A stretch of 60,754 bases of DNA, the filler included, from Sphacelaria rigidula (taxonomy: Eukaryota), in NCBI GenBank assembly GCA_964200075.2. It is 9 parts of 9 records of this genome, joined end to end, with 100 filler letters (N's around TTAATTAATTAA, not from the genome) between each part and the next. Parts side by side here need not be neighbours in the genome. Positions count along the whole stretch, not along the records: positions 6,763 to 13,424 come from CAXNAA020018760.1; positions 13,525 to 20,186 come from CAXNAA020018761.1; positions 20,287 to 26,948 come from CAXNAA020018762.1; 6 more parts are not named here. The stretch is one strand, 5' to 3'. This document shows positions 12,801 through 25,237 of this stretch, in pieces. The translations under genes were made by a program, and so were the position numbers. Below the pieces are notes generated by a model. The model had not been told where the DNA came from and did not search any database. It saw only the letters and a list, made by a program, of their open reading frames with translations. Each line of letters begins with the position of its first letter. Within the stretch, counting starts at the first letter, position 1.

Positions 12801-14074
12801 AAAATACACCTCTACACTAAAAAAATCGGAACGAAGTCATGTAGTTGAATTGAAACATACGTGAACAAAACAGGATTTTACAAGTTGAGGACGGTTTTTT
12901 TACTGAGCGCGAACCTCGGGAACTTGAAAGAGGGCCTATTGTGTTCACACATTTGTTTTTGATCGAAAATGTACAGTAGCTTTGACTGGGTAGCCGTCGT
13001 ATGGCTTCAGCCAAATTGTCTCATCTGCCTGGCTGAAAGGGATTGATACGTGCAGACAACGGTCAAGCTTGCACCTGAAATTGTCATACTTCGCCTTCGA
13101 GTCGGCGGGAACCTCGGCGGGTACCTGGTAAGGTGCGTGAGCAGTACCTAGAAATGGCAAGCGACAACCGAAAGACTGATCTCTTGAGACCATGGATTCG
13201 TCCCGAGGAATGGAAGGAGTTGAAAGTGAGCTGGGATACATGAGAGAAAATGAAAAATGTCCCGGAGACGACCACCGTCAAACAGACTTGACGGCCTCAA
13301 GACTCATGATGCACACTGCCCCTTCTCTCCCCTCCCCGAACTGTCTACTGGTTAGACACCCATGAGGCAGTGTAAAAGCCATGGCTGTTTCTGGAAGTGG
13401 CGATACCACAGAATAAAGCAATTCNNNNNNNNNNNNNNNNNNNNNNNNNNNNNNNNNNNNNNNNNNNNTTAATTAATTAANNNNNNNNNNNNNNNNNNNN
13501 NNNNNNNNNNNNNNNNNNNNNNNNTGGAGGGATGGGACTTCAACCTCATATTATGTTTCAACCCCAAAAATTAGGATCGGCTGTTAGTAGGTGACGGTAC
13601 CGGCGAAGGAGTAGGGGCAGGTGGGGTATATGAATACCTTGATCCACACTGACGTGTGAAACATCCGAACGGCGGATGATTGGAATTCAACAGGAGGGAA
13701 ATGCGGAACTTAGCATTCTGCAGTAATTGATATCCGGTACATGCCGATAACGGCGGGTTACAAGCTCCAGGTAAGAGCCATACAAGGGGAACGATTGTGC
13801 GAGGCGGGATAGTTTAGTATAGAGAATTTCAGGTCCTCGCTAGCTGTCACGTGTGGTGTGGACTCTATGTGAGTAAAGTGTAATGATGAACATCTGGTCG
13901 CTCACCGGTTCAGCCATACTTAGAAATTTAAGCACAAGCATCAGACGCGTGTGCTCTTGATTGACTTCGTCACAGGTGAAAGGAGCCCCATGCGGAATGC
14001 AACAGAGGCCTAGGGTACAACAGGTTCTCAATCTGGAAGATGCAGTCGGAGATGAGAAAGTTACCGGATCCCAT

Positions 14075-14282
14075 GGGTGCAGCCGAAACGGGCCGCTATC
14101 CCGTATTTTCCTTGTGCGAACTAAAGAGAAGTGTGTATGAGACTGGGTGCAGCCGAAACGGGCCTCTATCCCCTATTTTCCTCGTGGGGAACTATAGGGA
14201 GGTGTGTACGAAAATGTGTGCAGCCGAAACGGGCCTCCATCCCGTGTTTTCTTTGTGGGAAACAATGGAGAAGTGTGTATGA
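14075..14282. repeat. About 70-bp minisatellite, 3 copies
   Basis: GTGCAGCCGAAACGGGCC...GTGTGTA starts near 14078, 14147 and 14218. Confidence 0.85.
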
Positions 14283-15141
14283 AGCTCCGCCTTCATACCA
14301 CACGGTCCTGGGTCGATTGCGCCAGTCTCAAACCGATTAGGTATGCCTGGTAAAACACTTGGTAAAGCTATTGGGGGGGCACAGGGGGAATAATGACCCT
14401 GTGAAGAAGACTATGACGTGATTCAACTGCGGCTGACACCTGAACCCGCTCGAGGATGAGACACTAGGCACGATGGGAAAGGCGACTGTTTGTGACCCCT
14501 ATCCGCTCCGAAGAAGAAAACTAAACCCCAGACGATCTCTGAGAGCAATATTCGCCAATCAACAATGAACTGCGCTCGACCACTGCTGAACACTGAATAC
14601 GACGCCATCTATCTATGCTTTACCAAGTAACCTAAACGTTAAACGCTGTGCGTGCGTGCCCACTGCTATCGGACTGCGACAGGCAGGCAATGTTGTATCA
14701 CGCATCTTTAGAGTTAAGTCGCGGGTTCAATACTCTGCGTAATGTAGGTATGACAGGTAGCCATGGCATGTTACGATACTGAGCATGTGTATATCGCCTG
14801 ACCATCCACGTAGCTTATGTGCACATTGCGTGGGACACCCCATCCATGCCTAACAAATGTAAAGCATTAATTGCCAGTGTAACAGTCCAACTAGGTGGGT
14901 TACTTCTCGGATGAACCATCTCACCAAACCCCGTCCACCAACATCTCGAAAAGCACCGTGACCTGTGTGCTATAGCTCGGAATCACACATTCGAATTTTC
15001 AATCAAGCCTGTGGCAAGTGAGGTACAGCCCCTGGCTGACCTTTTCGTTAACGACATCCCACTTCGGTTCACGACACCCTACATATATATATATATATAT
15101 TTACGACGCCCTACTTGGGTTAATGACATCCCCCACACACG

Positions 15142-15789
15142 TTTACAACACCCCACTTGGGTTTATGATTACCCACCTAGGTTTACGACACCCAACTTAG
15201 GTTCACGGCACCCCATTTCGGTAAACATGGGAGTGAAACTAATCCGCCACGAAGCCTGTACTATCCCCTGAACAGCATCAATCCAGCAGATACGGACTCG
15301 ATTGGCCCGCAATCCTCCCAACATGATAGTCAAAGATATCACAAAAAACCCACACAAGGATATTTACAACACCCCACTTGGGTTTATGATTACCCACCTA
15401 GGTTTACGACACCCAACTTAGGTTCACGACACCCCATTTCGGTAAACATGGGAGTGTACCTAATCCGCCACGAAGCCTGTACTATCCCCTGGGCAGCATC
15501 AATCCAGCGGATACGGACTCGATTGGCCCGCAATCCTCACATTATAGTCAAAGACCTCACGATAAACCTATACACAAGGATATTTACAACACCCCACTTG
15601 GGTTTATGATTACCCACCTAGGTTTACGACACCCAACATAGATTCACGGCACCCCATTTCGGTAAACATGGGAGTGTACCTAATCCGCCACGAAGCCTGT
15701 ACCATACCCTGAACAGCATCAATCCAGCAAATAGGGACTTGATTGGCCCGCAATCCTCACATGATAGTCACAGATCTCACAAAAAACCA
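15142..15789. repeat. About 220-bp tandem repeat, 3 copies, with internal ~21-bp subrepeats
   Basis: TTTACAACACCCCACTTGGGTTTATGATTACCCACCTAGG starts near 15142, 15363 and 15583. Confidence 0.92.
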
Positions 15790-16458
15790 CAGGCCCAGTA
15801 GGTAAGGTGGGTACCCGGTACCGGTATTCGGGACATGTCATACCCTACCCATATCGACCCAATCCGGTATTTTCAAATGTCATACCTACGATACCTACGA
15901 TACCAGGGTATTTCGAGATCTCAACACCTACCGTACCCGCCCAATATGGCATTTTCAAGACTCATACCTACGATACTTATGACATCAGGGAATTTCGAGA
16001 GTTCAATTCCTACCGTACCCGCCCAATCCGGTATTTTGAAATGTCGTACCTACGATGCCTACGCATACCACGGTATGGATACCCCGGTAAATAGCGGGAT
16101 ACGCTCGGTACGGTACCTCACCTACGGTGCCTGCGAAAACTTCGACTATCCAACTTGCAACCGGATCTGAAACGCTTCGCACTGCCAGATGACAGTTTTG
16201 AATTCGGTGCAGAGGGTAAGGTGGGTACCCGGTACCGATATTCCGGACATCTTATACCCTACCGATACCGACCCAATCCGGTATTTCCAAATATCATACC
16301 TACGATACCAGGGTATTTCGATATTTCAATACCTACCGTACCTGCCCAATCCAGTCTTTTCAAAACTCATACCCACGATACCTACGCATACCACGGTATG
16401 GGATACCTCGGTAAATACCGGGGGTACGCCCGGTACGGTACCTTACCTACGGTGCCTG
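15790..16458. mobile_element. Two adjacent copies of a CAGGC-TIR MITE family (15790-16133 and about 16210-16458)
   Basis: Ends CAGGCCCAGTAGGTAAGGT and ACCTYACCTACGGTGCCTG, with many ATACC/TACGATACC subrepeats. An inverted related copy lies at about 27175-27765. Confidence 0.7.
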
Positions 16459-16883
16459 TGCAATAAACCTAGACAAGGATACGCCGGCACCAGCTATTGT
16501 TTGTATGCTCTACTATTTGAATGTTCCAAGGAAAGTCTCCGAAACCCACGATGATAGCCTACTTCTGTGCCATGAGAAGAGAGCAGGAGGGGACGGGATA
16601 CACCGATGCACCTCCGTCTCGAGAAATCAATATCCAACTATATGTCCTCTCCATGATTGACGCGAAGAACACATCCACCAAGCAAAACCTCCAATACGCG
16701 ATGGATAGAAATTCGATATTGCTTTATCTGGAGTGGCAGTGAATACACAAAGATACGTGATCGACACAAACCTCACACGGATGTTCAAAGTGACAACAAT
16801 CTCTTCGATCACGGCGCAAGCTACAAGAACCAAGCCATCAATCAATTGGGTGCCCCAGGGACCGTATACAACCTTCATACCAC

Positions 16884-17235
16884 GGTCGCCCCGGTGGCTC
16901 AGTTGGTAGCCTCGAACCTTCTGACGGTTGGGTCGTGAGTTCGATTCTCGGAGAGATCTGGGATTTTTCCCCACACAATACCCAACAATGGAGAGCAACA
17001 ATGTCGTGGGTATACACAAAATTCGACTCAGTAGTCGACGAGGGAGCGGGACTGCTGAACCCCTCTCGCGATCAAAAATAAAAAGGCGAGCACCGCAGAA
17101 GGAAGGTGGAGGACCAAAAACGAAAAAAAAACTCTTGCATTGACCTTCGTCCTGTCTGACCCCGGTTGGTGCACCCACATACCCCGAACGGTGTAGACCG
17201 ACGTTCAGAATAAATGGGACAAGAACACACACACA
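16884..17235 (+). mobile_element. tRNA-derived SINE family 1, full-length
   Basis: Pol III A box TGGCTCAGTTGG, B box GAGTTCGATTC, unrelated body and (CA)n tail. Other copies at about 45440-45690, 40572-40682 and, head only, 54133-54172 (-). Confidence 0.8.
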
Positions 17236-17411
17236 TGGCAATCACCAGACGACGCGACACACATCAGGCATAATACCTACGCACATCCCTCCCCAAAACT
17301 TGTGTTTTTCTTTCAACCAGAATCACAACAGCTTGGCTGGTTCCCGGCATGTGGGTTCATTTGCGAATTACTCAGATGAGGCACTCTTATCCTTATGAGA
17401 CCAAAGATCAT

Positions 17412-17542
17412 TTAATATAACACATTAAACACCTCGAAGGTCTCAGAGCAGTTGTATACCGAGTCGTCGTAGAACAGGCCAACACGGATGCTGTAGTTCG
17501 CAGTTGGCACGTACCCTGGAATAACCACGTCGTAGTCCCCGG
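17412..17542 (-). CDS. Probable terminal exon of an unknown, beta-rich and possibly extracellular protein
   Basis: Polypyrimidine tract and cag acceptor, then GDYDVVIPGYVPTANYSIRVGLFYDDSVYNCSETFEVFNVLY*, with coding-like GC3 bias. Partner exons were not identified. Confidence 0.55.
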
Positions 17543-20320
17543 CTGCTCCATAGTTAAGGACATTGAGTGGCGGAGTAACAAAAAAAAGTTAAAATGCGAT
17601 ATGCTTTGTGATACTTACTACAGGAACATCGGTACACGCGTATCATCGCAGGTCCGCCGCGGCATGCACGGACTAAGATGATACATTCTCAGTCACTTAG
17701 TTGTCAACACAAGGGCGTTTCAAGGGATACCAATCGAGAATCATTCTTGTTTCCTCGACGGCGATAAGACCGGGCGGCAATTCTAAACGTGGACATGTGA
17801 CTAGACGGGAATTATCGTCTCGCTGTAAACTGTTTGGAATCCTCCCAAAACAAGCATGCTCGAGACCGGAACCTTGTGCCGACGATGCTGTGACTCATTG
17901 ACGATAAAACGTCGCCAGTTCTCCCGTGAGAGAGTCAGCAACAACAGCACTTATTATGGTAACTCGAAACATGACAAGAACGAAACAACGACGCTACAGC
18001 ACCCAACGAGGCACCGAACAACATGACGCGGCTACCATAGCCACGAGGTAAAAGGCAAGAAGAAAAATAATGCAATCAGCATGAACCCAATCCTCGGGAC
18101 CATGGACAAGCTGCATCCACCTTCCATCCACCAGAACACTGACTTCGTCTCGTCAAGGCTAAACTGTTTATCACTCGCGGACTCCACCGTACAATCGAAT
18201 AGCGGTGGATAGCACTTTTGATCGCACCACATATTCCCGGCCCTAACGTGCGTATATTGATGTCGGTCACGCGGATACTGAGGGGCTTCGATGCAGTCTA
18301 GATCTCCCGCCAGTCCCACTTTTAGACACGTCCATCAGTTTCTGTGCGGTGCTGTGGAGGTCGCTAGCGGAAACTAGTCGGACAGCAACGAAACCAAGTT
18401 TAATCGCCAGTGGTCGCGGATAAGCACATCATATCGGTTGAACATAATTTTTCTTCTTTGGTGTGTTCGGATCTTGTGCCGTACCATAGTTTTGATTGTT
18501 CCGTAATTCTTTGGGTGATGGCGCCTCATCATTCTTGCCTTTGTTTTGGTTCGAATTAACCACTGTTACCCCCTCTTGTGTGGGATCGCTGCTGGTATTA
18601 GCGATAATGTATCGTAGCGTCGCTGGCATGAATTCCTGTCTTGACGTTGTTTGAGGAGGTTCAGATTTGATCACATTTCCAGGTAAAACGTCACCAAAGC
18701 TGGACGCGACCATACTGCTCGCCTCGACATATATTTCCACTTCGGTCGCCCTCTTTTCCGTTTCCCGTGCAAGACCTCCGGTTCAACGCTGATGGCGCTC
18801 AACATGGTGAACATCTTTTACCGGACGTGCAACCGTACTTCATAAAGCCATTCCCTGTTTCCTGAAACTGAAGTGACAGAGTTGCCAGGTGATTGCTTAA
18901 CTCATTTCCTCACTTCATCTTGTCCCTTCTGAGCCCGGCCGCGGTTAGAGGATAGACGTACCCAAGGTAGAGCTGAATCTATTGGGGATGAAGATATTTC
19001 TTCAGGGGTCAATTGTTTGAACACATACAGTTGTCCCACACGACGATCCTCGCTCTGTTTAGAAGTTGTTGTGCCAAACCTCACTTTCAATGAAAAACGA
19101 CCCCAGGTCCCCACACATACACCTATTTTCGATGGTTTGAGTCGATTCTTGTGGATATGAAAATGCTCAAATACACACTGAGGCAACCTATCAAGACGCA
19201 GCAAGTCTGGGGCATGGCGTCAGCCGTTACGACACTCCTCTTCCCGAGTTGACAAGTGCATATTTTTCACGCCAACCATGGTACGTCGATGCTCTGCGAA
19301 GTTTCGTGAACTGTGCATCCGTGCGAAGTTTCGCATGAAGTGTTCTCACCGCTATCACGACAGCCGTCATCAGATTCGTCGCAGATGCTCCCCAGCCAGA
19401 CGCCGCAGTCACCCTGGTGGTCCGATTGACTTGACAGGTTTTCGTTGACGTAGTAAAGATCGATCTTGAAGCGTCCGTCCGTATTTCCGTCGCTGTCGGA
19501 GTAGTCAAACTGGCAAGAGCAACGGCCACAAAAGCGAAACGTTTACTAGTCGGGTGCGTGCGAGTAGTGTTCCGAACGCAACCAACCCAACCTACTACCG
19601 AAGCATGTACCGGAGAAAAAGGCAAGTGGGCGCAAGGATGCAGTGAGCAAGGTTGACACTAGCATCTATAAACGAACTACGCGAGCCAGATTTTCGATGA
19701 AATCGGATGGGCAAGACTCCCAGGTTACCTTCAGAAAGTTCGCTTCCGTCGTCTCAAAACCGGTAGCCGAATGGCATGTCTCATTGTGGGCATATCTCAC
19801 TCCTAACTTGGGACTTTTTCTAGTCACCTTCGCCAAAGTGATGCCATAGGCTGGGGTTTTAACGTGATGTATCATCTTGGTATACAACAGCCGATCAAAA
19901 TTGAGGGTGGAGCTTTTCATTGAGGATGGGTACCCGGAGAATCGAAATCCACATCGAATATTCGAAATATGGTTCCGTTCCTTCACCTACTGGTAGCTAT
20001 TGACAAGTAATACACGTCATACTAATAGTGATTTCGATTACTGGAATGATGGGGTCCTAGGTGAAGAATACGTTTTGGAGAATTTCGGCGATCCGATCGG
20101 ATCACCCATATTCCCCAATTAACAACAAATTGTGCGAGTTGAGGTTTAACTCCGAGATGAGGTTCAAGCCTAAAACAGTGCTTTCCNNNNNNNNNNNNNN
20201 NNNNNNNNNNNNNNNNNNNNNNNNNNNNNNTTAATTAATTAANNNNNNNNNNNNNNNNNNNNNNNNNNNNNNNNNNNNNNNNNNNNCATTACGTTTCTTC
20301 CATATATCATTACGTTTCTG

Positions 20321-20445
20321 AGGGGGGGGGGGGGGGCATGTACTCGTGATTTTCCATGCGGTAGTCACATGACCATTGACCTCGCATCCCTACAAAGCCG
20401 GGTCGGAGCGCACCGGGTTTCGCCGGATCAAGCTCGCAATCACCA
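20321..20445 (-). mobile_element. Sister family sharing the poly(C)-LINE 3' tail; also at 1-56 (+) and about 24950-25230 (-)
   Basis: GCTCCGxCCCGGCTTTGTAGGGATGCGAGGTCAATGGTCATxTGACTAC...TGAG plus a C-run, with G-runs on both flanks. Confidence 0.65.
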
Positions 20446-20945
20446 GAGTCGGGGGGGGGATCGAGCGAACTTTGGGCCCGAACAAGCAATTTCTGGGAAC
20501 AGACGACCCGCCGGGGGTGATGGGTGACCTACTTGCTGCTACCATCCCCGGCGTATACTGTTTCATATGCCCATGCATGCAGCTCTTCTTCCTGCCAACA
20601 CGGCGCTATGAAAGCATTCGTTAGGACAAGACGCACAGGAGTGAGGATAAAGGTGCAGTGATTCATCCTGGAGGACGGGGGGGGGAGCGTGAGGAGGGGT
20701 ACAACAGTGCTCATCTCGTATGATCACGGTTCCGATTTTGACTTCTGCAGAAGTAGGGTGGATGAGACAAAGCGAGCAAGGGCACGTCGAAGAACGGCCG
20801 GAAAGGGATACGATATGCAAAGCACAATACGAGTGAAACCGTTATTCCACAATAACGAGCTGATTTTGCGGCCTCTGAGCCCTCCTTGAAATATGCCCAA
20901 GACCGACAGGCTATGGTATGCTGATTCGTGAGTCTTCACGAAGGG

Positions 20946-22891
20946 TCAACGGCGGTACCCGTCGAAGATAACCGTTTCTCGATACAGGTCTGTTCTTGTG
21001 TTGTATTTTGTATGGAGTATGCTTGCTACGGCTTGTTGGTCCGTCGCTCTGTCGCATCTACTCTCCTGATGTTGTTACACACTTCCACCGTTTCCGTCGT
21101 TGGTTGTTTATGAAAAGGAGATGCGGTGCATGTACATTGAGAGCACTGACGACTGCCGTAGAGACAGGCTTGCTGCAGATCCGAAGGGCATTTCGTTTAC
21201 GGCATGCGATGGACACCAGTCAAAAACGGGAAGGTACTTAATCTTTTGTAACGCGCCCAAAACGTGAAGGAAGAACCCACAACGAACTGTTGCAGACGAA
21301 ATTCTGGGAAACCATATACAGCAACGGTTGGTATTTCGAAGGTTCACCTGTGTTGGGATTCTTTGTACCCACGTAGTCTGTTGAATAAGGCGTAGTCACC
21401 GAAATGCTGGAAGTACTGTCGAGGCTGTCGCGTTTTTTCTCTCCCGAACAGTTGAACATCAGACGTTCGTCCTCCAGCGGTATTCCCTCATCAAATATTT
21501 TTTCGAGTATGCGTCTACAAACTTCGTTTCGCACTACCATCACTCTTTCCCTTGTTGCCCGACAGCATCTGGCAATCAAAAACTGATTCCGACGCCGAAA
21601 CGTGGGAGCGGTAAACACGAATTTTTTTTGCGTCCTCATACACACTATTTAATGTACATGCATGACTATAGAGCTACCATTCTTCAAACGGGGTGAAGGC
21701 ACGGTGTGTAAGTCGATTGTTTCTTGAAAAAAAAAAACATCAGTGATGCTTCAAGCCTCTCCATTCTTAGCTTTGTGTTGACGGTGTCTTTTTTATCTCA
21801 TGTTTCGTGTATGTGCTGCACGCAATCTTGCCCTCATATCCTCGTTTCCCCGACTTGGCACATGTCTGCGCCCCTCACCGGAGCCAACGTAGTGTTCTTG
21901 TACCACACCGACCGGCGGAAGCAGCAGCAAAGTATACTCTGTAAACAGCGCGCGACTCCTCCTCCACTCCCTCCTCCTTTACCCCCGTCATCTCCTGGAT
22001 CCGACGCTGGTGCAACCCCTCCAAAGCTGGGGGACACTTTGTCTTTCGCGGCGCGCCTCCGTCGGCAGCCACGCACGGCGGCACCCAGCAGATAGATGAT
22101 GATCTGATGACATGTTTGGCGGAAGAAACAACGCGATGCATGAATATTTGATTTGTGTCAGAGCGGATTGATTTACGATCCAACGGTTTTCGAGAACATT
22201 CGACTGCTAAAAAAGGACTTCTGTTGTTCGTTCTGTTCGTTCTGTTCGTCCCGTTCGCTCTTTTGTGTGTTGTTTGTTATTTCACATTTCACTATATATT
22301 TTTTTTTCCTTTCCGAATTTCTCTTCGCTTGTTTCTGCCACCGGCTTTCAACAAAGTTGTTGTTCAATTTGCCAACGACGTCTGACTTGAAAAGAAGCAA
22401 TAGGAGGAGGAGAAGAAGAAAACAATCACTAGTTGTGAAAAACCTGCAAGATCATCATGTATTCTGCAAAGAATCGACGGCATAAGAGAAAGGAAAACAA
22501 AACGTACTATCCTACTTGCACTGCGAACAGCGTCATCCGCCGTAAAATTACCCTCTCCATCTGTAATAGCCGCACCTTGCAGATAGACAGACGGGAACCT
22601 TTGGCAGCCAGCAGCAGGTGTTGATTGGGCAGTTGGGGGGTTCCGAACATATCCGACTACAGTAGTAACTGGATTGACAAATGGCTGCGAAAATATCCTA
22701 CCGAAGGACTTGAGCTTCACCTCCCCGTGGAATCAATCTGCGAACAAGTGTCGGAAGTGCGGATCGACTCTCACTGACGCCACAGCATGCTGTCACGCAC
22801 AACAGCACGGAGTTCAGCACTATTCCAAGGAATCGGTCACGATTGGGGAGCGAAACATAACCCTCGCTCAGCCACGGGGACGAACGACCGT
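20946..22891 (-). CDS. Unknown probable membrane protein, last five exons (22891-22721, 22575-22508, 22103-21913, 21568-21348, 20989-20946)
   Basis: All junctions are GT-AG and phase-compatible. The product reads ...RFLGIVLNSVLLCVTACCG...SASRIIIIYLLGAAVRGCRRRR...CLQSILCCCFRRCCRATRERV...DLYRETVIFDGYRR*. No homolog recognised, and the second exon has an alternative reading. Confidence 0.5.
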
Positions 22892-24157
22892 CTGGCGGAA
22901 TGATAAACCACTTCAACGGACAACCGCGAAAGAGATGAGGCGGATGTGGTCATCACCATCAGAGGTGAACGGGAGTATCAATGTGATGGTACACAAACGC
23001 ATGGAGCCCACACCCCCGAAGGACAAGAAAGCAGAGGGTGACACGACGAGAATTAGCGAAAGGGACGACAGACAGTATCACGCGTGCGAGACATCGGACT
23101 GCATGCCTAGCTGGCACGCGCTGGACGACGACAGCAACGTAAATCTACGACGAGGTCGATGGTCGAAGCAATTTTCGAGTGTGATCTACTTGAGAATTCA
23201 GTTATTTACCTGCCCCCCCCCCCCCCTCCTCCCCCCGGACGGTGCTCCGTCTCGAAAGGGATGCGTGGACTTGAAGTAGTTATTTCTTTCGGAATAAACA
23301 TCGAATTTTGCAGTCACGACAGCTCATACTAGTGCACGAAATCTCAGCGTTGGGGAGATAATATTCTTCGCATCCAGGCGTATACATACATGTATATAGT
23401 GCTTGCATGACGGCACGCCCAGCTTGATAGCGTGGGTCAAATTCCGAAAATATATACTATAGGTGTCTACACGAATCACTCTCAACGTCCCATTCGATAA
23501 CACGATCAAGACTCGTATATATTGCCCGTGGTACTAAGTCACAGTTAAAGATAAATCTTGGCTATGATCTAGCCTACCGTGGGTATAATCACGAGATGTG
23601 CTGGGTTTACACAAAAGCCCCAATGTTGACCCTCACAACATGTGGGCGGAAATTGCTCGAGGAACCATCGACCTACTATGAGGCTAATAGATATAGATAT
23701 ATATATATGTGTGTGCACAACAAGAATCGAAGCGGTGAATCATTCCGAAATTGATCGGAATCACCTTGCAATATCGCTCCGGTCGATCTCACCCATATCT
23801 GGTGTATCCAGATAGATCGCACGCTTTACTTTTGTAGCAGAGGAAGCGTGTATAGCTCAATCGCTCATGCTTTACCTCCTCTAATATGTGCGCAGTTTTT
23901 CCCTTCACGTGAACTTTGCGTCGCCACGTCCCGCGAACCGAATTCCTGTACAGAAATAGCTGTCTGTTTGCCGGATGCCGCAAAGCTAACGTCTGGCGAG
24001 CAAAGGTAGGTCATGTTTTAACTCTCTCATCTGCTACTCCTGCACATGGGAGACGATCGTCTGTGTATAGCGAAAAGCTCGTTGCTGTGTATGTGCATCG
24101 CTGCAGCACACAAAAGCCCGTTGAAATTCGTCTACGAAGCAGTGGTATATATATATA

Positions 24158-24778
24158 CTTTCTCCGTCTCATAAGTGAGGGTACCTGAATTTGTACGGGC
24201 CCTCAACCGTGTCCGATCTGTTTCTCGATTTTTTTGTCGAAATCTCCGGTGTTTTTTGAGTAAAAAACATGTTGTTTTTTCAGCCGGTGCTTGAACCATG
24301 CGGCCAAACAGCCGAAAAACAATCAGCCGGTCCAAAAAATAGCCGTATTTCACGCCTTTCTCACATGACAACTCTGGCTGCATGACCATCACAATCTCTA
24401 CCGCCATTGCGTAGAGGCCACCAACGGATATCTCGGAGCCCCGTTTGCGAGGTGGGGGTGTGCTGGGGAGCGAGTCCATCGCTAGAATGGTGATGTGGGT
24501 AGGTAGGGTACTCAATTTGGACGTTTTTGGTCATTTTTCGAGAATTCTCAAGAACATTCTCGAAACCAATCTCAAAAATATTTCCAAAATAGGCCAAAAT
24601 AGGGGATAATTCAACCGATTTTAGGTGAAGAAATAGAACCCCGTTTTTTTACTCATTTTTCTCTAGCTTCGTCTTCGTTTTATCTTTCCAACGAACCCGA
24701 CTATACTATCCTCACTAACACGGTCGTACCCAGACAACGTATTGCCCACAGGTACCCTAACTTATGAGACAGAGGAAG
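24158..24778. mobile_element. Stowaway-like (Tc1/mariner) MITE
   Basis: About 30-bp TIRs CTTTCTCCGTCTCATAAGTGAGGGTACCTG / CAGGTACCCTAACTTATGAGACAGAGGAAG, with TA on both sides. The same terminus appears at about 47372-47392. Confidence 0.85.
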
Positions 24779-25237
24779 TACATGTATGGATATCGATTGA
24801 GAAACAATCCGATAGTCTGCGAGGGTGTGCTGACCCGATCACTGCTCGATAGGACTACCCGCAATCAAGCACAAGGCGAGTACCGAGAGAAGTCTAGATA
24901 TGCATGGGTTAACCCCTTGAGATAGCCTGAAGACTAGATCCAAGGAACGAGGGGAGGGGGGCAGGGAGGAGGGGGGAGGGGGGGGTGCTCATGATCTTGC
25001 ATGCCGTAGTCATATGACCATTATTGACCTCGCATCCCTACAAAGCCGGGACGGAGCACGCTGGGTTTTTGCCCGACCAAGCTCGCACTCAATCACCAAG
25101 CTCGAAGCGCCGTGGTGTGTTCGGGTAGTTGCATGAGGGGTGAGCTGTACCCTGCTAAGATTGTTCGGCCCGAAGCCTGCTGAATATCTTGCGTTTGGAT
25201 GACAGCCTACAATGAGTTGATTCATTTTCCGGGATCG

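Noticed and set aside
8059..13424. RAD6 exon 2 (expected AVIFGPxDTPxEGG)
   Set aside because: Not found; it probably lies beyond the contig, implying an intron over 5 kb. This is not evidence of a pseudogene.
15142..15789. CRISPR-like array or hammerhead retrozyme
   Set aside because: The units are near-identical along their whole length with no unique spacers, and I found no CTGANGA...GAAA core on either strand.
16884..16960. Genuine tRNA gene
   Set aside because: A and B boxes are present but there is no closing acceptor stem, and it continues into a multi-copy body with a (CA)n tail, so it is a SINE.
18400..20000. Degenerate Ty1/copia integrase region (EIRTD..., HKNRLKP... on the - strand)
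   Set aside because: The resemblance is too weak by eye and no LTR or PBS was seen; it needs a tBLASTn or HMM search.
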